Of a stretch of 64,000 nucleotides of DNA, positions 10,610-19,410 are shown one piece after another. Each line of letters starts with the position of its first letter. Within the stretch, counting starts at the first letter, position 1. Below the pieces are notes generated by a model that worked only from the letters and a program-made list of their open reading frames with translations, was not told where the DNA came from and did not search any database. Both the position numbers and the translations under genes were made by a program. Origin of the DNA: Eubacteriales bacterium (GTDB lineage: Bacteria > Bacillota > Clostridia > Oscillospirales > CAG-272); NCBI GenBank assembly GCA_045596865.1, contig JAZODF010000003.1:15525-79524 (forward strand), written 5' to 3'.

Positions 10610-11599
10610 TTAAATATCCACGCCGGATCTTTTCATAATGTACTCGACCATATTTTCGCTTTCAACATATCTGCTGAATTTCGGCATAAGGTCGGGAAGG
10701 TTTTTCCTCGTCCAATTTGCTCTTTCACGCTCTGCGATCTTATCAAAATACATATCGCTTATTTTGTACGCAAGAACTCCGATTGCAAAAACGATTAGCA
10801 TCCACCAATCTTTTATCATCGAGAACTCAAATCCCTTGATTCCGAGGATATCGCTTTCAACAACTCTTGCCGCCATAAATATTTCTGCATTTTTTGATAG
10901 GAAAAGACCAAGGAAAAGCGCCTCGACTATTCCGCAAATCGTCATAAATATGGCTGTATTCTGCCTTTTCGCGCGTTGGATAGGATTTTTTGCATACGAA
11001 GCCGCAGAAATAGTCCATTGAAGTCCGCCAAGCTCCTCAGACGCCGCCTCAACCGACATGGCGTCAAAGTCCATTTTTAAAGAATTAGAGATTACATTTT
11101 CGTACTTAACGCCTTTTCGCCCGCACCACTTTGCCAACAGGATATATTTCAAATGCTCGCCAAGCGGAGAATATGCCGCAAATAGAGCATAAAAAATAGC
11201 GGCGAAGACAATTAACGTTTTGACGTTCTTCATCGTCGAAGACATCGTCAGAATGTTATCCCAAGTCAATAACAGAATTACGGCAATACCAAGCAGGACA
11301 ACCGCTGCGGAAATAAACAAAATCCATATCCAGGGCTTAAAAAGATAGGTGTAAAACGGCTCGCTTACCTGCCATTTTTTCATTACCTCGCCTGCGCTCG
11401 ATATTTCTTCACCCTCAATATGCTTTGCACTCTTGCTGACGGATACAAATTCGTAACCACAGCTCGGACACACCACCGGGTCATTCATATAAATATTATT
11501 ACATTCGGGACAAACAGTAATTGATACACCGCAATGCACGCACCGCTTTGCGGTGTCGGAAATCTTTTCCCCACACTCGGGGCAGTTAATAATAGCCAT
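10610..11599 (-). CDS. Double zinc-ribbon membrane protein, hypothetical
   Basis: The N-terminus CPECGEKISDTAKRCVHCG...CPECNN...CPSCG gives two CxxC..CxxC ribbons. About 4 predicted TM helices follow. The region is AT-richer than its flanks. Confidence 0.55.
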   Translation of the reverse strand: MAIINCPECGEKISDTAKRCVHCGVSITVCPECNNIYMNDPVVCPSCGYEFVSVSKSAKHIEGEEISSAGEVMKKWQVSEPFYTYLFKPWIWILFISAAVVLLGIAVILLLTWDNILTMSSTMKNVKTLIVFAAIFYALFAAYSPLGEHLKYILLAKWCGRKGVKYENVISNSLKMDFDAMSVEAASEELGGLQWTISAASYAKNPIQRAKRQNTAIFMTICGIVEALFLGLFLSKNAEIFMAARVVESDILGIKGFEFSMIKDWWMLIVFAIGVLAYKISDMYFDKIAERERANWTRKNLPDLMPKFSRYVESENMVEYIMKRSGVDI

Positions 11600-11610
11600 T
11601 TTTTTACTCC

Positions 11611-12195
11611 TTAAATATCATCAATATCTATTTGACTATATAAGCGCTTTGCCTTTTCGGACGGAAGGTTTGGTATGTACTTAATTCCCTTCTCTTCCAA
11701 TAGCCATTTTTCAAATTTCTTATTGTATCGCACTATATTGAGCTTATTATCGTTGCTGATTCTGGTATATATCACCATTACAATAGTACCCACCCAAACC
11801 AACGCAACTGCGACCATTGCTATTTGCGCCAGAATTGCCCAAAACGTTCCGCTTGCATAATTATCCACCCTCTGCCCGCATAGTACGGAAACAGCCGCGC
11901 AAAACCAAGCGGTGTAATGCATATTATAGTACTTCTTTATTTCTCCCTTTTTACGCCTGTATGAGAGCGCCCACGGGTCGGTGTTAACAAACGTTTCCTC
12001 GAGCATCCTTTGCTCACTAGCGGGCAGTTGATGGAAAAGCGGGCGTTTATCATCCTCGGGTGCCTCGATATGCGTTGATGTGACAGACTCCTCTGCAACC
12101 TCAACGTCTTCATTTACGGGATGACCGCAATGAATGCACTTTTCCGTTTTGTCGCTGATATTCTTGCCACAGTTCTTACAGGTAATAAGTGCCAT
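11611..12195 (-). CDS. Zinc-ribbon membrane protein, hypothetical
   Basis: CKNCGKNISDKTEKCIHCG ribbon followed by 2 TM helices. It is in the same operon as 10610..11599. Confidence 0.55.
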   Translation of the reverse strand: MALITCKNCGKNISDKTEKCIHCGHPVNEDVEVAEESVTSTHIEAPEDDKRPLFHQLPASEQRMLEETFVNTDPWALSYRRKKGEIKKYYNMHYTAWFCAAVSVLCGQRVDNYASGTFWAILAQIAMVAVALVWVGTIVMVIYTRISNDNKLNIVRYNKKFEKWLLEEKGIKYIPNLPSEKAKRLYSQIDIDDI

Positions 12196-12389
12196 TAAAC
12201 CATCCCTCCTTCAAGCAGTCCTTTAATCGTGTGAACAACAGAGCCGGATATTTCCGCCGTTGTTTCACCAAAAAAAGTCATCAAAGCGCAAAGAACGCAC
12301 ACTATCGTACCGCCCCACATTGCAATCCGCATTGCTTTTAGTATAGGGCTTGCAGATAAGTTAAGATCTTCCCTCATTTTTACCTCCAT
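12195..12389 (-). CDS. Small single-TM protein (64 aa), hypothetical
   Basis: TM helix WGGTIVCVLCALMTFF. Its stop overlaps the next start (TAATG), implying translational coupling. It is the first gene after promoter 12408-12436. Confidence 0.4.
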   Translation of the reverse strand: MEVKMREDLNLSASPILKAMRIAMWGGTIVCVLCALMTFFGETTAEISGSVVHTIKGLLEGGMV

Positions 12390-12407
12390 AATATTTAATG
12401 CGGCAAT

Positions 12408-12436
12408 ATTGTATCATATATAGCCCACTTTGTCAA
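12408..12436 (-). promoter_or_regulatory. Sigma-A-type promoter of the zinc-ribbon operon
   Basis: On the minus strand: TTGACA-17 nt-(TGa)TACAAT, reading gtaTTGACAaagtgggctatatatgaTACAATattg. Confidence 0.6.
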
Positions 12437-12493
12437 TACTTTTCGGGCTATAATTAGACCATAAGGCCTAAAAAACACAATCGGAGGACATAT

Positions 12494-12736
12494 ATGGACA
12501 CTTATATTGCTACCAAAAACAGGCTGTTAGAGCTTCTTGAAATGAGGAAGATGTCGATACACAAGCTGGCTATGGAATCGGCGGTGCCGCCGTCGAGCAT
12601 CAAAAATATTCTCTACGGAAAAAGCACGAATCCCGGCGTTGTAACCATTAAAAAGCTGTGCGACGGGCTTGGCATCACTATCGTCGAGTTTTTCAACACG
12701 GAAACCTTTTTGAATTTGGAGCAGGAGATAAAATAA
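12494..12736 (+). CDS. XRE-family helix-turn-helix transcriptional regulator
   Basis: HTH_3-like sequence (RKMSIHKLAMESAVPPSSIKNILYGKSTNPGVVTIKKLCDGLGITIVEFF). It is divergent from the zinc-ribbon operon. Confidence 0.75.
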   Translation: MDTYIATKNRLLELLEMRKMSIHKLAMESAVPPSSIKNILYGKSTNPGVVTIKKLCDGLGITIVEFFNTETFLNLEQEIK

Positions 12737-12948
12737 ATCCTACCCTGCCGCGGTGCAAATCTCCAAGCCTTCCCTAGTGAGGGAATGGGTGAGAGAGCCG
12801 CAAGCGGCTCGGATGAGTTGTCTAGCCTCCCAAACGTTCCTACGCAAGCCGCGGCGGAGCAATTCTTTAACTCTGTACTCACAATGCTCTCGCAGGCTCC
12901 TTCAGTCACGGCTACGCCGTGCCAGCTCCCTCTCGGAGGGAGCCTTTG

Positions 12949-13004
12949 GGACGCACGGTCCCTACAAAAAATAGAAAAACACGGCTCGTTTGAGCCGTGT
13001 TTTT
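12949..13004 (+). repeat. 56-bp direct repeat, right copy
   Basis: Same sequence as the left copy, with the loop changed to CGTTTG. Confidence 0.9.
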
Positions 13005-13065
13005 TGCGTAATGCAGTATTTCTCGCGCCGCGAGGGTTGTAAATACATAAATATTCCGACAATCC

Positions 13066-13149
13066 TGCCGACGGGGCGTCAAACATTGATAAACGCACCG
13101 ATGATAATGCCGACGGGGCGTCAAATATAAATAAACACCCCAATGATCG
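13066..13149. repeat. 42-bp tandem duplication spanning the 3' end of gene 13121..13516
   Basis: TGCCGACGGGGCGTCAAA... occurs at 13066 and 13108. On the minus strand the outer copy reads GIIIGAFINV* and the genuine C-terminus reads GTIIGVFIYI*. Confidence 0.8.
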
Positions 13150-13516
13150 TGCCGAGGACGGCGGAGAGGGTGTTTGCCGCGATGCTGACGGGGAGGGTGC
13201 GGCGATATGGCTCGCGCGTGAGGATGCGGTACATCCACGCCTCGAGGAGGATGACGCCCACCTCGGCAAGAAGGAAGACGGCGAGGGTTGCCCCGACCCA
13301 CATTCGGGGTAGGAGCAGCTCTTTTACACCCTTGTAGAGGGCGGGGAGAATGAGGTTGACGATAGGATTCGTCAACAGGTTAAGGATGACCGACGGACGA
13401 CGAAAGCCACGCCAACGCGTAACAAGGGTGAGGAGCGTGCCCTCGATAAGCACGGTGATTCCGGCCATAAATAAAAGGTAGATAAGAACGACGATCCCGA
13501 AGAGAACAAACTTCAT
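13121..13516 (-). CDS. Integral membrane protein, hypothetical (131 aa)
   Basis: About 4 hydrophobic helices. Its start overlaps the stop of the upstream small ORF (ATGA). Confidence 0.5.
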   Translation of the reverse strand: MKFVLFGIVVLIYLLFMAGITVLIEGTLLTLVTRWRGFRRPSVILNLLTNPIVNLILPALYKGVKELLLPRMWVGATLAVFLLAEVGVILLEAWMYRILTREPYRRTLPVSIAANTLSAVLGTIIGVFIYI

Positions 13517-13683
13517 TTGCTCCTCCTCCCGAGGACGAAGGCAAAGACCGCGACAACCGCAACGAGCATCACGACGCCGACGACGAGCATCGCGATAAGT
13601 GCGCCATTCGACATGCCGCCAAGGGAATCGGAAACGTTGGGAAGGATGGGCGGGGGTGCGACGTCAAGAATGTGATTAAGCAT
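13513..13683 (-). CDS. Small hydrophobic peptide (56 aa), not in the ORF track (below its cutoff)
   Basis: My own translation is MLNHILDVAPPPILPNVSDSLGGMSNGALIAMLVVGVVMLVAVVAVFAFVLGRRSK. Its ATG overlaps the 3' end of the MFS gene, and its TGA overlaps the ATG of the next gene. Confidence 0.35.
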   Translation of the reverse strand: MLNHILDVAPPPILPNVSDSLGGMSNGALIAMLVVGVVMLVAVVAVFAFVLGRRSK

Positions 13684-14716
13684 TTTTATTCTCCTTTTTT
13701 ATTGAGATGAGTATTCCGCCAAGTGCCGCGAGGCAAAGGACGGTGAGTGTAATAATCTGTGACAGGAGGGTGCGCGGAAGGACGAAGAAGGACGGCAGTA
13801 CACCGAGGAACAGGCCGACCGTGGTTATTCCAAAGGAATAACCAACCCGCCCGCGGAAGCGCGAAGCGAGGATGCCGACGGTAATGGGCATCGTCATTGA
13901 AAAGAGCGCGATACCGATGATCGATAGGGGCATGACCCGTCCGCCAAAGGCGAGAAACGGGATGGAAACGAGCAGGCTGACAATGGCGCAGGTGCGGAAT
14001 CCGAATTTATCGGCAACGGGGCCGCCGAGCATCTTGCCAAGACCCATAAAGACGAACAGAAGCACCGAGTCGAGGGTGGTATCCATCCACTCGGTCGGGA
14101 TGGCGTAGGACACGAAGGAGCGCGCCGCGACCGCAAGGAGCAATATCAGGAGCATGGGCACGACGGGCAACGAGGTATTGACGTGGGTAAACGGAAGGCC
14201 GTCGTCCGTGAGGTCGGAGCGAAGGTAGAGAAAGAGGCAGACCCCGAGCGAGAGTAGCATAAGGCCGACGGGCAGGAGCGCGACGGTTCCCCACCCCGCC
14301 GAGCCGAGCAGGCGACCCGCAATCACGCCGAAGGAGCCGCCGCCGACGAATATCGCGACGGGTGTGACCCTGCCCCCTGCGCCATGCATGGTATGTAGGG
14401 CGCCGTCGACGTGCAGAAGGCAATTGCCGATGCAGAGAAGAAATAGCGCGGGGTAATCAAACGGCAGGGCAAGCCCCGAGAGCATGAGCACGCAGCCGAT
14501 GACCCCGTAGGGTATGCGGCGGTAGCGGTCGGCAAGCTCGCCAATGAGGATCTGCGGCAGGAAGGCAAGCGCGTTATAGAGCATGGCGCACGCCCACCAA
14601 GACGGTGTGCCCGCCATACGGGAATATAGGAAATAGAAGCAGGCGACCTCCACCGAGAGGTGGACGAAGGAGTATAGGACGCCGCGCAAGAGTGGTCGGG
14701 CAGAAATTATCATCAC
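13676..14716 (-). CDS. MFS-type transporter (346 aa, short)
   Basis: About 10 TM segments. MFS motif-A-like GELADRYRR occurs in the first half and GGPVADKFGFR in the second half. Confidence 0.6.
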   Translation of the reverse strand: MMIISARPLLRGVLYSFVHLSVEVACFYFLYSRMAGTPSWWACAMLYNALAFLPQILIGELADRYRRIPYGVIGCVLMLSGLALPFDYPALFLLCIGNCLLHVDGALHTMHGAGGRVTPVAIFVGGGSFGVIAGRLLGSAGWGTVALLPVGLMLLSLGVCLFLYLRSDLTDDGLPFTHVNTSLPVVPMLLILLLAVAARSFVSYAIPTEWMDTTLDSVLLFVFMGLGKMLGGPVADKFGFRTCAIVSLLVSIPFLAFGGRVMPLSIIGIALFSMTMPITVGILASRFRGRVGYSFGITTVGLFLGVLPSFFVLPRTLLSQIITLTVLCLAALGGILISIKKENKNA

Positions 14717-14754
14717 CTCCCGCGGAATTTTGATGGATTTTTGGGCGGTTACCG

Positions 14755-14787
14755 AAAAAGATTGGGCGACGGGTCAGCCCGTCGCCC
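14755..14787 (-). terminator. Terminator after the APC permease gene
   Basis: GGGCGACGGG-ctga-CCCGTCGCCC followed by aatcttttt on the minus strand. Confidence 0.6.
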
Positions 14788-14867
14788 TGTGACCCGTTCA
14801 CTTATTATGACGTAAAAGGGCGTGTAAAGGTTACGTTATTTTGATAGTTTTTTGCCGTTTTCGGCGA

Positions 14868-16265
14868 TTAGTCCTCCGCGCCGGCGGGGGCGAGGGGGGA
14901 TTTGTCCCGTTTTTTACGGTAGAAAAGCAGGCCCGCACCGACGAGCATCACGACGGCAAAGACGATGAGATACCAGACGTTCGAGATGCCGTGACGGAAG
15001 ATTGACGCCGCGACCATGATACCGACGCCGACAATGGACAGCGACGGCAGGACGAAGCGAAGGAAGGGGTTAACCCCCTTCTCCTTTATCATAAAGCTGA
15101 TGAGAATAGGCAGGTAGAGGGGGTAGATGGTGATTATCGGCAGCTCGGAGGAGTCGAAGGCGTATGCGCCAAACCAGCCGTAGAACTGTCCGCCGAGGAA
15201 GTAGACCATCCAGATGCCGGAGAGGAGCAGACCAAGCGCCGCAGAGTTGTGCGGCATATTGGTGGCGTGGTCGATGTTGGCGAAGGTCGACGGGCTCAAT
15301 CCCTCGTTACGCGCGGCGAGCGAATAGACACCGCGTGTGGACGCGACCATCAGGCCGTTGAGCGTGCCGAGGCAGGAAATAATAATAAGGAAGTTAATGA
15401 GAGTTGCGACACCCTTGCCAAAGAAGGTGAAGGCAACGCTCGTACCCTCTGCCATAAGAGTACCGACGTCGGAGAGACCGAGAACGCCGATATAGTAGAG
15501 CAGATAGGTGAGCATAATGATGATCGCGCCGACGAAGAGGGCGATGGGAAGATTGCGCTTCGAATCCTTGATCTCCGCGTTGATAGAGGTGGCGACGATC
15601 CAGCCCTCGTAGGCGAAGGCGGTACAGCAGAGCGCGGCGAACATACCGTTGCCGCCAACGGCCTCGCTGACGGCGTTACCTACCTCGAAGTTAGAGGCGA
15701 GAGTGCCGTTTGCAAGCCCAATGATGCTACCGACCAGGGCGATGAATGCGATAGGAATGAGCTTAATAACTGTGGCGGAGACCTGTACCTTACCCGCGAG
15801 GCGGGGGGCGATGGTGTTGATGAAGTACATAACCAAGAGGTAGAAGGCGGCGATAAGGACACACTCGGGGCCCATAAGCGCACGCTCGCTGATAGAGGAC
15901 TCGCCAAAGACGGCGACGATGGTATATCGCGCGGAAACCCAGGCAAGCACACCCGTCATCGCGGGGTAATAAATGACGGAGATGAACCAGCCGACGAAAT
16001 AAGCGTAGGTGCGGCCGCACAGCGCCTCGGCATAGTCGACGACACCGTTGACGCGCTCGTATTTCGTTGCCATGACCGCAAAGGTGGATGCGATCACGAC
16101 CATGATCAGACCGCCGATCACCCAGGCGAGAATACCGTCAAGAACGTTTCCGCCGGTTTCTGCAAGGACGTCCTGCGCCTTGAAAAAGACGCCCGATCCA
16201 ATAACGATTCCGACGACCATACATATCGCTGTGAACAAACCGTATTTCTTCTTTAACTTTTCCAT
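14868..16265 (-). CDS. Amino acid permease (APC superfamily)
   Basis: 465 aa with about 12 TM segments. The N-terminus GLFTAICMVVGIVIGSGVFFK is the APC signature region. Confidence 0.8.
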   Translation of the reverse strand: MEKLKKKYGLFTAICMVVGIVIGSGVFFKAQDVLAETGGNVLDGILAWVIGGLIMVVIASTFAVMATKYERVNGVVDYAEALCGRTYAYFVGWFISVIYYPAMTGVLAWVSARYTIVAVFGESSISERALMGPECVLIAAFYLLVMYFINTIAPRLAGKVQVSATVIKLIPIAFIALVGSIIGLANGTLASNFEVGNAVSEAVGGNGMFAALCCTAFAYEGWIVATSINAEIKDSKRNLPIALFVGAIIIMLTYLLYYIGVLGLSDVGTLMAEGTSVAFTFFGKGVATLINFLIIISCLGTLNGLMVASTRGVYSLAARNEGLSPSTFANIDHATNMPHNSAALGLLLSGIWMVYFLGGQFYGWFGAYAFDSSELPIITIYPLYLPILISFMIKEKGVNPFLRFVLPSLSIVGVGIMVAASIFRHGISNVWYLIVFAVVMLVGAGLLFYRKKRDKSPLAPAGAED

Positions 16266-16304
16266 TTTTCTTTCCTTTTCATTTTGAATTATGCAAACTA
16301 TACT

Positions 16305-17120
16305 TTACTTTTTCGAGTCATCCCCGTAGAGGACAGCGAGGTTGCGCTCAACCGTTTTTCGACCCCGCCAGGCAAACGCACGGCGCGAAAACTCGACACG
16401 GGTCATGCCTTTTAGAATTTCGGGGGTCAATTCGGTGATGCGCTCACGGTGGAAAAATTCGACGGGTGTGATTTTCGGCGCGCGGTTATGGGGACACACA
16501 GTCTGACAGATATCACACCCCCACGCGGTGCCGTATTTTCGCATCAATTCGGCCTCCTCCTCGGCGAGCTCGCCCTTCCTTTGCGTGATGGCGGAGAGGC
16601 AATCCGCCCCCTCCCCACGAAGGATTCCGGTAGGACAGGCACGTCGGCAGGCACCGCAATGAGAGCACCCCCGGGCCGCACGCGGCGGGATAGCGCCAAG
16701 GAGCGCAGGGTCAAGGTCGGTGAGGATGTCACCGATGAACACGTAGCTGCCCCAGGTTGGGCTGATGAGCAAGCCGTTATCCCCCGCGATGCCGAGCCCC
16801 GAGATGAGCGCGGCGTGCACCTCATCAATCGGGCTGTGGTCGCCGTAGCCGAGGAAATGCGCCCCGGGATAGCTCGCAGAAAGGTGGGCAATCACCCGCG
16901 CGGATATTTCCCGCATACCGAGGTGGTAGTCAAGCGAGGCGGCGTAACGGGAGACGTTCACCGTCTCACCCGTGTAGTAGGGCACGAGGTAGACTATCGC
17001 CGCGCGCGGTGTGAACTCCATCCGCTCGCGAAGGGGTGCGTTTATCTCGCGAAGGTCGCGGTAGTCGAGCACGGCGTAGGAATCAACGCCGAGCGTATTG
17101 AATATAGACAGATCGACCAC
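16305..17120 (-). CDS. queG: Epoxyqueuosine reductase-like 4Fe-4S protein (QueG/DUF1730 type)
   Basis: Two ferredoxin-type Cys clusters (CSHCGACRRACP and CDICQTVCPHN) follow a DUF1730-like N-terminus. At 271 aa it is shorter than canonical QueG. Confidence 0.55.
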   Translation of the reverse strand: MVDLSIFNTLGVDSYAVLDYRDLREINAPLRERMEFTPRAAIVYLVPYYTGETVNVSRYAASLDYHLGMREISARVIAHLSASYPGAHFLGYGDHSPIDEVHAALISGLGIAGDNGLLISPTWGSYVFIGDILTDLDPALLGAIPPRAARGCSHCGACRRACPTGILRGEGADCLSAITQRKGELAEEEAELMRKYGTAWGCDICQTVCPHNRAPKITPVEFFHRERITELTPEILKGMTRVEFSRRAFAWRGRKTVERNLAVLYGDDSKK

Positions 17121-17272
17121 TTCCCCGTCACCTCACCTTCCGTGCTCTGTCCGTGTCGGATGCGACGTGAGTGGGCGCACGGATCCCCACGGGACTATTA
17201 ATATTTACATTATACCCGAATCCGTATAAAAAAGCAATAGGCAATTACTATAAAATAATCGGGCGCGTATTA

Positions 17273-17301
17273 TTGACATTGCCCGCGCGGTGGTGTATAA
17301 T
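17273..17301 (+). promoter_or_regulatory. Sigma-A-type promoter upstream of plsY
   Basis: TTGACA-17 nt-TATAAT, an exact consensus. Confidence 0.6.
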
Positions 17302-17336
17302 GTAGGGTGATAAAATATGCTTTCAAAGGAGATATT

Positions 17337-18083
17337 ATGAATCTGAACGTCGGGCTGTTATCACACCTTTACGAGGGGGCGATTCCCCCCGCGGTGTTTT
17401 TTGCCGTTATGGGCGGCGTGCTCCTTCTTTCCTACCTGCTCGGTAGCGTGAATACCGCCATCATCGTTTCCCGCCTTCTTTACCGTGAGGACGTCCGCAC
17501 GAAGGGCAGCGGTAATGCAGGCATGACGAATATGAATCGCGTTTACGGCCTCGGTGCGGCGGGTCTGACCCTGCTCGGCGACCTTCTCAAGGCGGCGGTG
17601 TCCATCGGCCTTGCCGGTCTTTTATTCGGATTCGGCTACGTTTCGGGCGTTTCGACGAACAATATCCTTTATTTCGCGGCGTTGCTCGTCGCCATCGGTC
17701 ACGTATTTCCCTGCTACTACGGCTTCAAGGGGGGCAAGGGCGTGCTCGTCACCGCGGTGTCGGCGCTCATACTCTCGCCCGTTATTTTCGCCCTGCTCTT
17801 CCTCATATTCGTGCTGGTCGTCTGGATATGGCGCTACGTTTCGCTCGGCTCGGTTTCGGTGGCGGTGCTCTACCCCATTGCGCTGAGCGGCTATTTCAAA
17901 TTCGCCACGAGCATCGTGGTTGACGGCGTGAGCTACGCGGGGCAGATCGATTTCGGCATTGCCCTCGCCTCCATCCTCCTCGCCATTCTTATCGTGTGGT
18001 GCCACCGCGGCAACCTCCGGCGCATCGGCGAGCGGACAGAGAGCAAGCTCACCTTCAAGAAAAAAGACGGGAACGACAAATGA
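17337..18083 (+). CDS. plsY: Glycerol-3-phosphate acyltransferase PlsY
   Basis: GSGNAGMTN and GFKGGKGV motifs. I chose ATG 17337 after AAAGGAG. A consensus promoter lies at 17273-17301. Confidence 0.85.
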   Translation: MNLNVGLLSHLYEGAIPPAVFFAVMGGVLLLSYLLGSVNTAIIVSRLLYREDVRTKGSGNAGMTNMNRVYGLGAAGLTLLGDLLKAAVSIGLAGLLFGFGYVSGVSTNNILYFAALLVAIGHVFPCYYGFKGGKGVLVTAVSALILSPVIFALLFLIFVLVVWIWRYVSLGSVSVAVLYPIALSGYFKFATSIVVDGVSYAGQIDFGIALASILLAILIVWCHRGNLRRIGERTESKLTFKKKDGNDK

Positions 18084-19261
18084 CAAAGGAATTTATTTCG
18101 CTTGCCATCCTCGCGTTTGAGCGCGGGGTGATACGCAAGCTGGTTTTCTCCCGCCCGCGCTCGTCCGAGGTGACGAAGGTGTCGGGGCGCATCTGCGCGC
18201 ACAGGGGGCGTAACATTCTCGCCCTCGAGTATTCCCTGCCCGGGGATACCGTGCGACACAAGAACCTCGCGGGCGACGCCCTTGCGGACGAGCTCGGCAG
18301 GCTCGTCGCGGAATACGCGCAGGCCAACCTCATCACCACGGTCGGTGAGGTCGAATTGAGAATAACGAAAAGCGGCAAGCCCGCCCTTCTCGGTGCGGAC
18401 AAGCTACGCCGCAGGCTGACGGGTGAGAGCCCCGCGTTCGAGCAGGCGATAGAGTCGCTCGACAGAAAGAAAAACTACATCCTCGAGGGGAATGAGGATT
18501 TCCTCATCCGCCTCGGCGTATCCGACAAGAGCGGGCGCGTCCACGATAAAAAGCAGGGCAAGTTCCGCCAGATAAACCGCTTCCTTGAGCATATTGAGGA
18601 GATTTATCCCCGACTGCCGAAGGAGGGGGAGCTGCTTATTTACGACCTTTGTTGCGGGAAGAGCTACCTGTCCTTTGCGGTCTATCACTATCTGACCGCG
18701 CTGAAGGGACGGGCAGTCAGGATGCTCGGCATCGATCTCAAGCGCGACGTCATCCTCTGGTGTGAGGGGCTGGCACGCGAGCTTGGCTACACGGGTATGC
18801 AGTTCATCCACGGCGATATTCGAGAGAGCACGCCGACGGATATCTCGCCCGATATGGTTATCTCGCTTCACGCGTGTGACGTTGCCACCGACGTGGTTAT
18901 TGACCGCGCGGCGGAGCTTCGCGCACGGGTCATTCTTTCGACGCCGTGCTGTCACCGTTATCTTAATGATAAGATACGGGCAGAGGCGCTGTCCTTCGTG
19001 ACCGATTACCCACAGCTTCGCGGCAAGCTTTGTGAGGCGCTGACCGATGCGATACGCCTCGCCCGCCTTTCTGCGGCGGGATATACGGTCACCGCCCTTG
19101 AGCTGACCGACCCCGACGATACGCCGAAGAATACCCTGCTTCGTGCGACCCTTGAGGACGTGAGCCCCGCCGAGCTTGAAAGACGCCGTGCAAGATACGA
19201 GGACATCCTCTCCTTCGTCCTCGGTGACGCAAGGTCGGACTACCTTCGCGAAATAAGATGA
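18080..19261 (+). CDS. Class I SAM-dependent methyltransferase (Methyltransf_32-like)
   Basis: LLIYDLCCGKSYLSF (motif I) and VISLHACDVATD. ATG 18080 overlaps the plsY stop (ATGA). The 28 upstream codons in the track ORF were rejected. Confidence 0.6.
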   Translation: MTKEFISLAILAFERGVIRKLVFSRPRSSEVTKVSGRICAHRGRNILALEYSLPGDTVRHKNLAGDALADELGRLVAEYAQANLITTVGEVELRITKSGKPALLGADKLRRRLTGESPAFEQAIESLDRKKNYILEGNEDFLIRLGVSDKSGRVHDKKQGKFRQINRFLEHIEEIYPRLPKEGELLIYDLCCGKSYLSFAVYHYLTALKGRAVRMLGIDLKRDVILWCEGLARELGYTGMQFIHGDIRESTPTDISPDMVISLHACDVATDVVIDRAAELRARVILSTPCCHRYLNDKIRAEALSFVTDYPQLRGKLCEALTDAIRLARLSAAGYTVTALELTDPDDTPKNTLLRATLEDVSPAELERRRARYEDILSFVLGDARSDYLREIR

Positions 19262-19351
19262 CCGTCCGCGGTATCACCCGCGGGATTATGTAACGTGTTG
19301 TTTACATTTACCCCGTGCGACGGAATGAAAAAAGAATTTAAGTACCCCGCG

Positions 19352-19370
19352 AAAATTTAACACGGGGTGG
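19352..19370 (+). repeat. G-rich intergenic motif copy (AAAATTTAACACGGGGTGG)
   Basis: Member of the TTNACACGGGGTGGGG family, located upstream of tsaE. Confidence 0.8.
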
Positions 19371-19410
19371 CATATATAAAGAAAATTAGGGATTATTAAG
19401 GAAAACAGGA

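Noticed and set aside
10083-10638. Short ORFs (61-99 aa) in the 540-bp gap after the ABC operon
   Set aside because: Their translations are R/C/H/P-rich and partly encoded by the 13-bp tandem repeat. They have no RBS. I treat the region as non-coding repeat debris flanking the AT-rich cassette.
10551-13004. Calling the repeat-flanked cassette a transposon or prophage remnant
   Set aside because: It contains no transposase, integrase, recombinase or phage gene and no terminal inverted repeats. I can support only a compositional contrast and a direct repeat, so it is reported as a cassette of unknown mobility rather than as a mobile_element feature.
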